Positions 55,190 through 63,472 of a stretch of 64,000 bases of DNA are shown piece by piece. The first letter of the stretch is position 1; every line of letters begins with the position of its first letter. The stretch is from an uncultured Actinomycetes bacterium (GTDB lineage: Bacteria > Actinomycetota > Thermoleophilia > UBA2241). The notes below the pieces were generated by a model. The model did not search any database and was not told where the DNA came from. It saw only the letters and a list, made by a program, of their open reading frames with translations. The position numbers and the translations under genes were made by a program. The stretch covers positions 160,001-224,000 of the forward strand of contig CAVRZA010000008.1 in NCBI GenBank assembly GCA_963725665.1. The letters are read 5' to 3'.

Positions 55190-55202
55190 AGGAAGGTTAG
55201 GA

Positions 55203-55778
55203 GTGACTGGAGACACTAAACGCGCACGCGAACTGGGGGAGGGGGAGGGGGCCGCGCGCATGGTCTACGGGAGCGCCGACGCGCGCCCGACGGTGCGCGT
55301 CGGCGCCGTCACCGTCATCGACGGGCGCTTGTTGCTCGTGCGCCAGGCCCGCGGTCGCGAGAGCTACTGGCTGCTGCCCGGCGGCGGCGTACGCTTCGGC
55401 GAGACGTTCGCCGAGGCGCTCGGGCGCGAGTTGCGCGAGGAGCTGGGCGCGGATGCGACGCACATGCGGCCGATCGCCTTCATCGAGTCGATCTCACCCG
55501 ACATGGAGGCCTACGCGAAGCACGTCGTGCACGTGCTGCTCTGGACCGAGCTCGCCAACGCGGACGCTCTGCGCGACCGCCTGCTGCTGCACGACGTCTC
55601 GCCCGAGGCGTCCGTTCTCCGCGAGGAGCGACTCGCCGACCCGGCTGTGCTCGATGCAGCGCTTGTCGCGGCAGACGATCTCGCGCACATCCACTTGCGT
55701 CCGCCGATCAACGACTTCGTTCTCGACTGCCTGGAGAAGGCGCCGGGCGGCGTGGCTTTTCTCGGCCGGCGCTGGTAG
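55203..55778 (+). CDS. NUDIX hydrolase
   Basis: LPGGGVRFGETFAEALGRELREELG Nudix box; start could be ATG 55260. Confidence 0.88.
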   Translation: MTGDTKRARELGEGEGAARMVYGSADARPTVRVGAVTVIDGRLLLVRQARGRESYWLLPGGGVRFGETFAEALGRELREELGADATHMRPIAFIESISPDMEAYAKHVVHVLLWTELANADALRDRLLLHDVSPEASVLREERLADPAVLDAALVAADDLAHIHLRPPINDFVLDCLEKAPGGVAFLGRRW

Positions 55779-55849
55779 GCGCTCGACCGTCTGGATGACC
55801 GTGGTCGGTCTGGCGGACTGCTGGGGAGGCTCGTCGAGCCTCGTGTGTA

Positions 55850-55877
55850 ACGCGCGATAATCTACGTTATGTAAAGT
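55850..55877 (+). other. dif-like XerCD chromosome dimer resolution site
   Basis: ACGCGCGATAA-TCTACG-TTATGTAAAGT, 11-6-11 layout resembling known dif sites; intergenic and AT-rich; gene orientation changes after it. Confidence 0.85.
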
Positions 55878-56328
55878 AAGATCAGACGAGGCCCTTTTGA
55901 GCGCTGCCGCCGGCCCCACCGGCGTCCCGGATTCGGCATCCCCCACCGCTGTCACTTTGGTGACTGTCGGCCGGCATCAGACGAAGGGTGGCGTCACGCG
56001 GTAGTCGCCGGCGTGCGATCATCCGTCCGCTCGTTATCGACGCCATCGCCGTGTTGCTCTGTGCGCAGCTGCTCATGAGTGCGGCGGAGATCCGATTCCT
56101 GAGGTCGTGTGCGTTCGGCGTCCTTCGTTCGCCGCTCCGTCAGCGACGGCCCCACCCAACGTCGGCCTCACCTACGATACTGATCGCGAGGCTGAGCCCG
56201 GGTACTGGGTCTCGGCGCGGTACGCACGGAGGGCAAAGCTGGCGCCTGGATCGCCGCTGGCCATGTCGCGGCATCGGACATCGTTCGGAGCCGGGCGTTG
56301 CGGGAGGGCGCAAACACGCCACGGTACA

Positions 56329-56342
56329 CGAACATATGTTCG
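56329..56342. promoter_or_regulatory. LexA (SOS) box, Gram-positive type
   Basis: Perfect palindrome CGAACATATGTTCG (GAAC-N4-GTTC). Confidence 0.8.
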
Positions 56343-56529
56343 CTACCGGCCAAGGGCGGCGCGGAAGTCCGCCGCGGAGGTGCTCTCGCAGGGACGAAGG
56401 CCTAGACGCTATGGCGGTTCTTTGACCGCCGAGCTTGCTGACGAAGGCCGGACCCTGTTCGCATATCTCGGGGGTTTGTCTGGCCGGAGACGAGCTCCGG
56501 CTGACCCCATACGAAGGGAGGGTCCGACC

Positions 56530-57612
56530 ATGACCACGTTGACATGGGTTGGGTTGGATGTCCACGCCCGCTCCGTCGAAGCCGCTGCTCTGGACGCCCT
56601 GACGGGCGAGATCAGGCGAGCTCGCTTTGGTGGCAGTGCGGAGCCGGTCGTTGAGTGGCTTGCCAGGCTGCCCGCTCCGGTGCACGCTTGCTACGAGGCG
56701 GGACCGACGGGCTACGGCCTCTACCGAGCCGCTCAGCGGGCCGGTATTGAGGTCGATGTCGTCGCCCCCAGCAAGACGCCCCGGGCCAGTGGCGACCGCG
56801 TCAAGAGCGACCGCAAGGACGCCCAGCTGCTCGTGCGCCTGCTCTCTGCCGGCGCGCTCACCGTTGTCAGCGTGCCGCCGCCCACCTTGGAGGCCGCCCG
56901 CGACCTGGCGCGGGCTCGCGAGCAGCTGCGCGGCGACCTCATGCGCGCCCGCCACCGCGTCTCCAAGCTGCTTCTGCGTCACGGCCGCCTCTATGAGCGC
57001 CAGAGCAGCACCTGGACGCAGGCGCACCATCGCTGGCTTGCCGCCCAGCGCTTCGATGAGCCGGCGACCGAGCTCGCCTACCTCGACTCCCTGGCCGCCG
57101 TGGACGGCCTTATCGCGCGCAAGGCGGCCCTCGAGGAGCGCCTCTCGCAGCTGGCCGTGGCGCCCGAGATCTGGCCCACGGTGGCCCGCCTGCGCGCCTT
57201 CCGCGGCATCGACACCCTCTCGGCCCTGGTGCTGCACCTGGAGGTGTGCGACTGGGGGCGCTTCGCGCGCGCCCCGCAGCTGGCCGCCTGGCTGGGCCTG
57301 GTGCCCTCGCTGTGCCAATCGGGCGAGAGCGCCACACAGGGGGCGATCACCAAGACCGGCTCGCGCTACGCCCGCCGCATCCTGGTCGAGGCCGCCTGGC
57401 ACTACGCCCGCCCACCGCGCATCGGCGCCACCCTGACCAATCGCCAGCAGGGCCAGCCCGACCACGTGCTGCAGATCGCCTGGCGGGCCCAGCTCCGCCT
57501 GTGGCACCTGCAGCGGCGCCTTGCGCAGCGCGGCAAACCGGCCAACGTGGTGACGGTCGCCCTGGCACGCGAGCTGGCCTGCTTCTTGTGGGCGGCAGCC
57601 GTGGCCCCCTAA
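56530..57612 (+). CDS. IS110-family DEDD recombinase/transposase
   Basis: WVGLDVH, CYEAGPTG, KSDRKDA, WLGLVP...QSG, ITKTG. Confidence 0.96.
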   Translation: MTTLTWVGLDVHARSVEAAALDALTGEIRRARFGGSAEPVVEWLARLPAPVHACYEAGPTGYGLYRAAQRAGIEVDVVAPSKTPRASGDRVKSDRKDAQLLVRLLSAGALTVVSVPPPTLEAARDLARAREQLRGDLMRARHRVSKLLLRHGRLYERQSSTWTQAHHRWLAAQRFDEPATELAYLDSLAAVDGLIARKAALEERLSQLAVAPEIWPTVARLRAFRGIDTLSALVLHLEVCDWGRFARAPQLAAWLGLVPSLCQSGESATQGAITKTGSRYARRILVEAAWHYARPPRIGATLTNRQQGQPDHVLQIAWRAQLRLWHLQRRLAQRGKPANVVTVALARELACFLWAAAVAP

Positions 57613-57619
57613 GGGCGGC

Positions 57620-57830
57620 TGATCGACCCCCCGTTCGGAGGGCAGGCGTCGGGCCGGCAGTCTGCCGGCATGCGCGACCGTACTATGGGCAGCCGCAAGG
57701 CAGCACCCGTTCCTAGAGAAGCGCCAAGCCGGTGACGAAGTAGCGCACCGGGGTAGCCAACCCCCGCATATCAGATTGACCGACCGTCGTATCCGCGCCC
57801 GGCGCCTGCCATCCGAACTCCTCGCTACCC
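57620..57830 (+). ncRNA. Candidate bridge/seek RNA of the IS
   Basis: Short matches to both strands of the target and to the circle junction, flanking hairpins; boundaries approximate. Confidence 0.65.
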
Positions 57831-57880
57831 GCGTCGAACGGGAGGTTCAGCCCTGCCTGCTTGACAGGATGAGCGCCATA

Positions 57881-58411
57881 TCAGTACTGCACCAAGCTCA
57901 GCAGGTCGTACCCAGGAAGCTTGTCGCGGCCGCGCAGGTCGACGAGCTCGACGATGAAGGCGAGCCCCACGACCACGCCGCCGAGGCGCTCGACCAGCTC
58001 GCACTTGGCCTTGGCCGTCCCCCCCGTCGCCAGCAGGTCGTCGTGGACCAGCACGCGCATGCCGGGCTTGATCGCGTCTTCGTGCATCTCGAGACTGTCG
58101 GTGCCGTACTCGAGGGCGTACTCGGCGGAGATCGTCTTCCACGGGAGCTTGCCGGGCTTGCGCGCCGGCGCGAAGCCGATGCCGAGCTTGTAGGCCATCG
58201 CGGCGCCGAGTATGAAGCCCCGCGACTCGGCGCCGACGATCAGCTCGGCGTCCTTGCTCTGCGCGTAGTCGGCGAGCTTGTCGACGGCGAAGCGCAGCGC
58301 CTCGGCGTCGAGGAGCAGAGGCGTGATGTCCCGGAAGAGGATCCCCTCCTTGGGGAAGTCGGGGATGGCCCGAATCTTGCCCGCGATGTCTACTGCAGCC
58401 CTCTGCTCCAT
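57881..58411 (-). CDS. apt: Adenine phosphoribosyltransferase
   Basis: PDFPKEGILFRDITP, ESRGF, RKPGKLP, DDLLATGGT. Confidence 0.97.
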   Translation of the reverse strand: MEQRAAVDIAGKIRAIPDFPKEGILFRDITPLLLDAEALRFAVDKLADYAQSKDAELIVGAESRGFILGAAMAYKLGIGFAPARKPGKLPWKTISAEYALEYGTDSLEMHEDAIKPGMRVLVHDDLLATGGTAKAKCELVERLGGVVVGLAFIVELVDLRGRDKLPGYDLLSLVQY

Positions 58412-58430
58412 GCCTTTGTCGCCCTCCGCC

Positions 58431-59159
58431 TCAGTGCCCCTGGGTGCCCACCGTGCGACGTATGTTCTTCGTCAGCAGCAGCTGCTGCAGCTGCGAGGTC
58501 GCCTGCACGATCTCCTCGAGTGAGTCGAGCGCCTCGCGACGGCGCTCCGGCCGCCGCGAGCGCAGCGCGGGCAGAAGAAGCTGCTCGATCAGGCCCCACT
58601 CCCTGTCGATCGAGCTCTTGAGGGCGCGCAGGTTCTTCGGTCGCAGACCCGCCGCGGCGAGCTGCTGCGCCGTCGCGATGATGGCGGCGTCGGTCTCGGC
58701 GTAGCGCTTCACGCCGCCGACCTGACGCGTGCTCACGAGCTCGTAGTCCTCGAGCTCGTCGAGAAGCCCGCCGTCGGCGCCGGTCATCTCGCGGATCTCC
58801 TCGGAGGAGTACTCGCGCTCCTCGCCGGAGGGCACGAAATCGGCCTTGCGCAGACCGGTGCGCGCCGGAGTCGGAACGGCCGCTGCGGGTCGCTCCAGCT
58901 CGCGCCGGATCACCTTCAGCGGCAGGTACTCGTCGCGCTGCAGTGAGAGCACGCGCACCAGCCGCCGGTAGTCCTCGGGCGAGAAGAGGCGATAGCCTCC
59001 TTTGGTGCGCCGCGGCGAGATGAGGCGCTGCTCCTCGAGATAGCGCAGCTTGCTGACCGTCACGTCGGGGAACTCGTCCCTCAGGCGGTCGACGACAGCG
59101 CCGATCGTCATCAACCTGTCGTCGCCGATATCGAACAGGAGCTCGGTCTTCTCGCTCAC
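58431..59159 (-). CDS. MerR-family regulator, FtsR-like
   Basis: MTIGAV...EFPDVTVSKLRYLE..LISPRRTKGGYR; downstream of an FHA gene as in odhI-ftsR. Confidence 0.88.
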   Translation of the reverse strand: MSEKTELLFDIGDDRLMTIGAVVDRLRDEFPDVTVSKLRYLEEQRLISPRRTKGGYRLFSPEDYRRLVRVLSLQRDEYLPLKVIRRELERPAAAVPTPARTGLRKADFVPSGEEREYSSEEIREMTGADGGLLDELEDYELVSTRQVGGVKRYAETDAAIIATAQQLAAAGLRPKNLRALKSSIDREWGLIEQLLLPALRSRRPERRREALDSLEEIVQATSQLQQLLLTKNIRRTVGTQGH

Positions 59160-59608
59160 GGGGTGATGAAGGTGAACTTGTACTTGCCGATCTGCACGTC
59201 GTCGCCGTCGAGAAGCGAGTGGCGGTCCGCTCGCCGCCGGTTCACGTAGGTGCCGTTGAGACTGCCCTCGTCGGTGAGCACGTAGTCGCCGTCGGTCACC
59301 GTCACGACGGCGTGGTTGCGTGAGACGGTGACGTCGTCGAGGAAGATGTCGGAGTCGGGGTGGCGACCGATGGTAGTGCGCGGCTTGACCAGCGCGTAGG
59401 TTTCGCCCGCCCTGCCGCCACCGCTCCTTATGACAAGGGTCGGGCGCTCGAGCACGAGCTCGCTCAGCGACTGCGCCTCGTGCTCCTCGTCACCGAGTGA
59501 GAAGCTGGCGGTGGTCTGCCCCTCCTCCTCCGTGAGAAGCCGGGTGCCGCAGCGAGCGCAGTAGTTCACGCCCTCCGAGTTCTTGAAGCCGCAGTTCGGG
59601 CAGAACAT
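59156..59608 (-). CDS. Zinc-ribbon + FHA protein (GarA/OdhI-like)
   Basis: CPNCG..CARCG, QTTASF, GRHPDSDIFLDDVTVSRNH, GSLNGTYVN. Confidence 0.92.
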   Translation of the reverse strand: MFCPNCGFKNSEGVNYCARCGTRLLTEEEGQTTASFSLGDEEHEAQSLSELVLERPTLVIRSGGGRAGETYALVKPRTTIGRHPDSDIFLDDVTVSRNHAVVTVTDGDYVLTDEGSLNGTYVNRRRADRHSLLDGDDVQIGKYKFTFITP

Positions 59609-59622
59609 GCGCGCCGGCGCCT

Positions 59623-59910
59623 TCAGTCCTTGGGCTCGGAATCGGACTCGCCGGTCTCGGGCTCGCCCCCGAAGGGCCCCTTGCCAGCGAGGATCTCGGA
59701 GAGGCGCTCCAGATCGTCCCCGGAGATGATGGACTTGCCTTCCCCGTGCTGGCGCTGCAGCCGAAGCACGAGCTCCGCGCGGAGGATGTCGATCTTGCCC
59801 TGCAGGATGCGTCGCCGCTGGGAGATCTCGCGCTCCTCCGCGACGAGCTCGTTGATCATGGTCTTGAGCTCGCCGTCTGAGAGCGAGACGAGGTCGACGA
59901 TGTCGTCCAT
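59623..59910 (-). CDS. rsiG: Single-motif RsiG-like c-di-GMP-binding anti-sigma factor
   Basis: E26-x3-S30-x2-R33-x3-Q37-x3-D41 (EREISQRRRILQGKID) exactly fits the RsiG signature. Confidence 0.8.
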   Translation of the reverse strand: MDDIVDLVSLSDGELKTMINELVAEEREISQRRRILQGKIDILRAELVLRLQRQHGEGKSIISGDDLERLSEILAGKGPFGGEPETGESDSEPKD

Positions 59911-59943
59911 CGGGGTTGCCTCCCGGTCGGTCGAAGAGGACAT

Positions 59944-59978
59944 AGACTACCGGACCCAGAGTCAACCTTCAAGTTGAC
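59944..59978 (-). promoter_or_regulatory. Promoter of rsiG-FHA-merR-apt with overlapping inverted repeat
   Basis: Minus strand TTGAAG-N17-TAGTCT; GTCAAC-N6-GTTGAC at 59961-59978 surrounds the -35. Confidence 0.65.
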
Positions 59979-60074
59979 CTTGAGGCCGCGCGGAGTGACC
60001 GCCCAAGTGACCGTCGCGGCCGTCCTCGGCCTACGGGCGTTCGGTCGCCCAGGGCGGTCGCTGCGACACTCGTC

Positions 60075-60678
60075 CTACGGTGGCTCGGTCGCCGCGGGCG
60101 GACCCGTCGGCGGCAGCGGAGGCTGCCCCGTTTCGGCTTCGCGTGCGGCGACGCGCACCACGCCGCGCTCCACGAGTCGCAAGAGCGCGCGCAGCGCGTC
60201 GTACTCGTCGGCCAGACCCTCGAGCAGCATGCCGGCGACGATGTCGCCGACATCGCGCGCTCCGGGCCCGAGGTAGCCCAGAATCCTCTTCTCGACCGCG
60301 TCGTCGGACTCGCCGCCGATGAACGTGGCGCGGCTCGTCGCCGGCAGCGCGTCGCGCAGCCTGAACACTTCGTCGACACGCCGCATGCCCTCCATGAGCA
60401 GGGACGCCGGTGGGCAGGTCGAGCGTCTCCTCCCCGGGGTCGGCCTCGGTGTCGAAGGAGAACGAGCCCTCACGAAAGGCGAGCACGGCGTAGAAGGCTC
60501 GCTCGCCCCGCAGCGCGCCGGCGCTGGCGTTGATGAGCCGTCCGGCCTTGAACGAGAGCGTCGCGGCCGCCTCTCCGTCGCCGCCGATGATCTGGAGCCG
60601 GCCGGACTTGCCGCCCAGCGAGATGACCTCTATGAGATCCGAGAGCGCCAGCTCCGACAACGTGCCTTTGAGACTCAA
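60075..60678 (-). pseudogene. DUF4388/PATAN domain protein, frameshift near 60409
   Basis: LKGTLSELALSDLIE..GKSGRLQI...EGSFSF in one frame; SLLMEGMRRVDE in another; one extra base joins them. Confidence 0.8.
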
Positions 60679-60774
60679 GGGGCCAGCCTTCCTCCCGAGG
60701 GCGTCGAGTCGCGTGGGATGGTATCACACGACCCCGCGCACAGTTGGTCTCCCACTCGCGCTTGCGAGCAGGGC

Positions 60775-60802
60775 TAATGGTGGCCGCACCGACGGTCGAT
60801 AC
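60775..60802 (+). promoter_or_regulatory. Candidate sigma28/WhiG-type promoter of mglBA
   Basis: TAAT-N16-GTCGATAC; a TATACT -10 is also present at 60845-60850. Confidence 0.45.
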
Positions 60803-60886
60803 AAGCTAGGCAGGGCGCTGCCCGGCCGGGCAACGCCGTAGTGTATACTCCCGCGTGGTGCGGGCGCGGCAATACGAGGAGTCGGC

Positions 60887-61399
60887 GTGGCCAAGCGCAA
60901 GGGTCTCGTCATCAACGATCGTCAACTCGACCTCTGCGACGACCTCCTGCGCAAGCTCAAGGAGGTCTCCGGATCGACTTTCCTCGCCCTCATCTCGACC
61001 TCCGGACAGCCCATCACGACGGCCTCCGACGACTACCATCCCGAGACGCTCTCGCTGGCCTCGCTCGCGGCCGGCTCCTTCGCCGCGACGCAGCAGCTCG
61101 CCAGCATCCTCGACGAGAAGGAGTTCACGCTCCTCTTCCACGAGGGCAAGAACTCGAACCTGCACGTGTCGCAGGTCTCCGACCAGGTGCTGCTCATCGT
61201 CACCTTCGGGCGCGACACGCAAGTGGGCAAGGTCCGCCTCTACACGCAGCGGGCGGTCGACATCCTCAGGCCGATCTTCGAGAACCCCGACGAAGAGAAC
61301 GATTCGCTGCACGTTGACGAGGACTACGAAGCCTCAGCCGGCAAGATGATCGACGACCTCTTCGCTGACGTAGAAGGGGAGGCGGATGCCGCTCATTAA
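60887..61399 (+). CDS. mglB: Roadblock/LC7 protein, MglB-like GAP
   Basis: LISTSGQPI, LASLAAGSFAATQQLA, EF..LFHEG. Confidence 0.9.
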   Translation: MAKRKGLVINDRQLDLCDDLLRKLKEVSGSTFLALISTSGQPITTASDDYHPETLSLASLAAGSFAATQQLASILDEKEFTLLFHEGKNSNLHVSQVSDQVLLIVTFGRDTQVGKVRLYTQRAVDILRPIFENPDEENDSLHVDEDYEASAGKMIDDLFADVEGEADAAH

Positions 61400-61964
61400 C
61401 TTCGCCGCCCGCGAGATCAACTACAAGATCGTCTACTACGGTTGCGGGCTCTGCGGCAAGACCACCAACATCCAGTACATCCACCGCAAGATCAACCCGC
61501 AGGCGCGCGGCAAGCTGGTCTCGATCGCCACTGAGGAAGAGCGCACCCTGTACTTCGACTTTCTGCCCTTGAGCCTCGGCACCGTCAAAGGCATGCAGAC
61601 GCGCTTCCACCTCTACACCGTGCCCGGACAGAGCTACTACAACGCCAGCCGCAAGCTGGTGCTGCAGGGCGTCGACGGCATCATCTTCGTCGCCGACTCG
61701 CAGATCACCCGCCTCGACGAGAACGTCGAGAGCTACCTCAACCTCTGGGACAACCTGCTCGCCCAGGGCGACGATCTGACGAAGCTCGGCTTCGTCGTCC
61801 AGATGAACAAACGCGACCTCTCCGACGTGTTCTCGATCGAGGACCTCAACGAGCTCCTCAACCACACGGGCTCCGCCGTGACCGAGGCTTGCGCGGTCAG
61901 CGGCTTGGGCGTTTTCGAGACGCTCAAGATCGTCTGCAAGCAGGTCATCGCCAAGACGGCCTAG
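61386..61964 (+). CDS. mglA: Small Ras-like GTPase MglA
   Basis: INYKIVYYGCGLCGKTTN, ERTLYFD, TVPGQ, NKRD. Confidence 0.95.
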   Translation: MPLINFAAREINYKIVYYGCGLCGKTTNIQYIHRKINPQARGKLVSIATEEERTLYFDFLPLSLGTVKGMQTRFHLYTVPGQSYYNASRKLVLQGVDGIIFVADSQITRLDENVESYLNLWDNLLAQGDDLTKLGFVVQMNKRDLSDVFSIEDLNELLNHTGSAVTEACAVSGLGVFETLKIVCKQVIAKTA

Positions 61965-62004
61965 CTCGCGGTAGCCCGGCCGTCTGGCTGTCTCACTGAG
62001 CACG

Positions 62005-63369
62005 GTGGGTAGCCTGAAGAGCCTCATACCTCCGGCATCCCCACGCGCATGGACGGTGCTCGCGGGCGACGCGATCGCGCACGCGGGCTTCGGGCTGGTC
62101 TTTCCCTTCCTCGTCATCTACCCGAGCCAGGGTCGCGGTCTGAGTCTCTCACTGGCCGGACTCTGCCTGGGCGTGCTGGCGCTGGGAGACTTCGCCGCAG
62201 GGCCGGTCGCCGGCGCCATCGCCGATCGCGTCGGGGCGCGACGCGTCCTGATCGCCAGCGTGGTCCTCACGGGGTGTCGACGGCCGCGCTCTCCCTCGTG
62301 GGGGCCGCTTGGCAGGCGCTCGTCGTAAGCCTCCTCATCGGACTGGGCGCAGCCGGCATCCACCCCTCCATGAACGCCGTGCTGGCGACCTCGGTGACGG
62401 CGGCGCGTCGCTCCAACGTCTTCGCCCTCGAGCACGCTGTCGGTAACGCGGGGTTCGGCGCGGGGGCGATCATCGGCGGCCTCGCCGGCGACGTCTCGCA
62501 CCCGCGCAGCTTCGTGGTCCTGTTCGTCGGCGCCGGCCTGGCGCTGGGCGTGTGGGCGTTGCTCTTGGTGAGGATGGGGGGGCGAGCCCGCCACAGCTGC
62601 GCCCGATCACGAGCCGGGCATGAGCCCTGCCGGTATTGGCGCTGACGCTGCGGCGAGCGAGCGGTCGGCTGCGACGGCGCCGCGGCCCGTCGTCAAGACG
62701 GGCTACCGCGCCGTCGTAGCCGACCGCGTCCTCGTGCGCGTGTTGGCGATCGTGGCCCTGCTGGTCGCCGTCTCCGGCGCGCAGCTCGACGCGGCCTTCC
62801 CGATGTACGCGACGACGAGCGCCGGCGTCGGTACGCGGGTCATCGGCATCGCCTTCGCCGCGAACACGCTTACCGTCGTCCTCTTGCAGCTGGTCGTGCT
62901 GCACAAGCTGCGCGGCCGACGCCGCACACGCGCTCTGATGATCACCTGCCTGCTGTCGGCCGTCTGTTGGCTCCTCACGCTGCTGGCCGGACACGTGGGC
63001 GGTGGCGCTCCGGCCGCCGCCGCGCTCATCCTGGCACTCGTCGTGGTCGGTATCGGCGAGACGTTCTGGTCGCCGAGCACGCCGGGCATCGTGAACGACC
63101 TCGCGCCGGACCGGCTGCGGGCACGCTACAACGCGATGTTGGGCTTCGCCGACGCCGGCGGCGCCCTCATCGGACCCCCGCTTGCCGGCCTGGTCATCGG
63201 CGCCGGCGTCGGCGGGCCATTCCTAATCGCCATCGCCGTGGCCTGCGTGCTCACCGTCCTGGCCGTGCGGAACCTCGAGCGTGTGTTGCCCCACGCCGCG
63301 AACATCGTCGGAGGCGAGGAGGCGGTACGGGCGACCGCCGTTGCTGAGCCGCTCTCCCCCACGCTCTAA
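62005..63369 (+). pseudogene. MFS transporter with two frameshifts in G-runs (about 62274 and 62580)
   Basis: GAIADRVGARR motif A; TM helices spread over three ORFs. Confidence 0.8.
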
Positions 63370-63472
63370 GGATCACGCGCGCTCGCGAGCGGCCGCCCTC
63401 ATCGTCCGTGTGCGGCCACTCCGACGGCCACGCGCGCGGGCCACTGACGACACGCTCCCGTGTCGCTGTCGC

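Larger units (their letters stand above)
56406..57884 (+). mobile_element. IS110-family (IS1111-type) insertion sequence
   Basis: AG core at 56404-05 and 57883-84; subterminal IRs TATGGCG 56410-16 / CGCCATA 57874-80; TTGACA at 57861; long downstream non-coding region. Confidence 0.85.

Noticed and set aside
55494-56425. ORFs 55494-55955(-), 55882-56076(-) and 55988-56425(+)
   Set aside because: Overlap NUDIX, dif or the IS end; no motifs or convincing codon bias
56107-56529. N-terminal extension of the IS110 ORF to 501 aa
   Set aside because: Crosses the element boundary; ATG 56530 has an SD and gives the typical DEDD N-terminus
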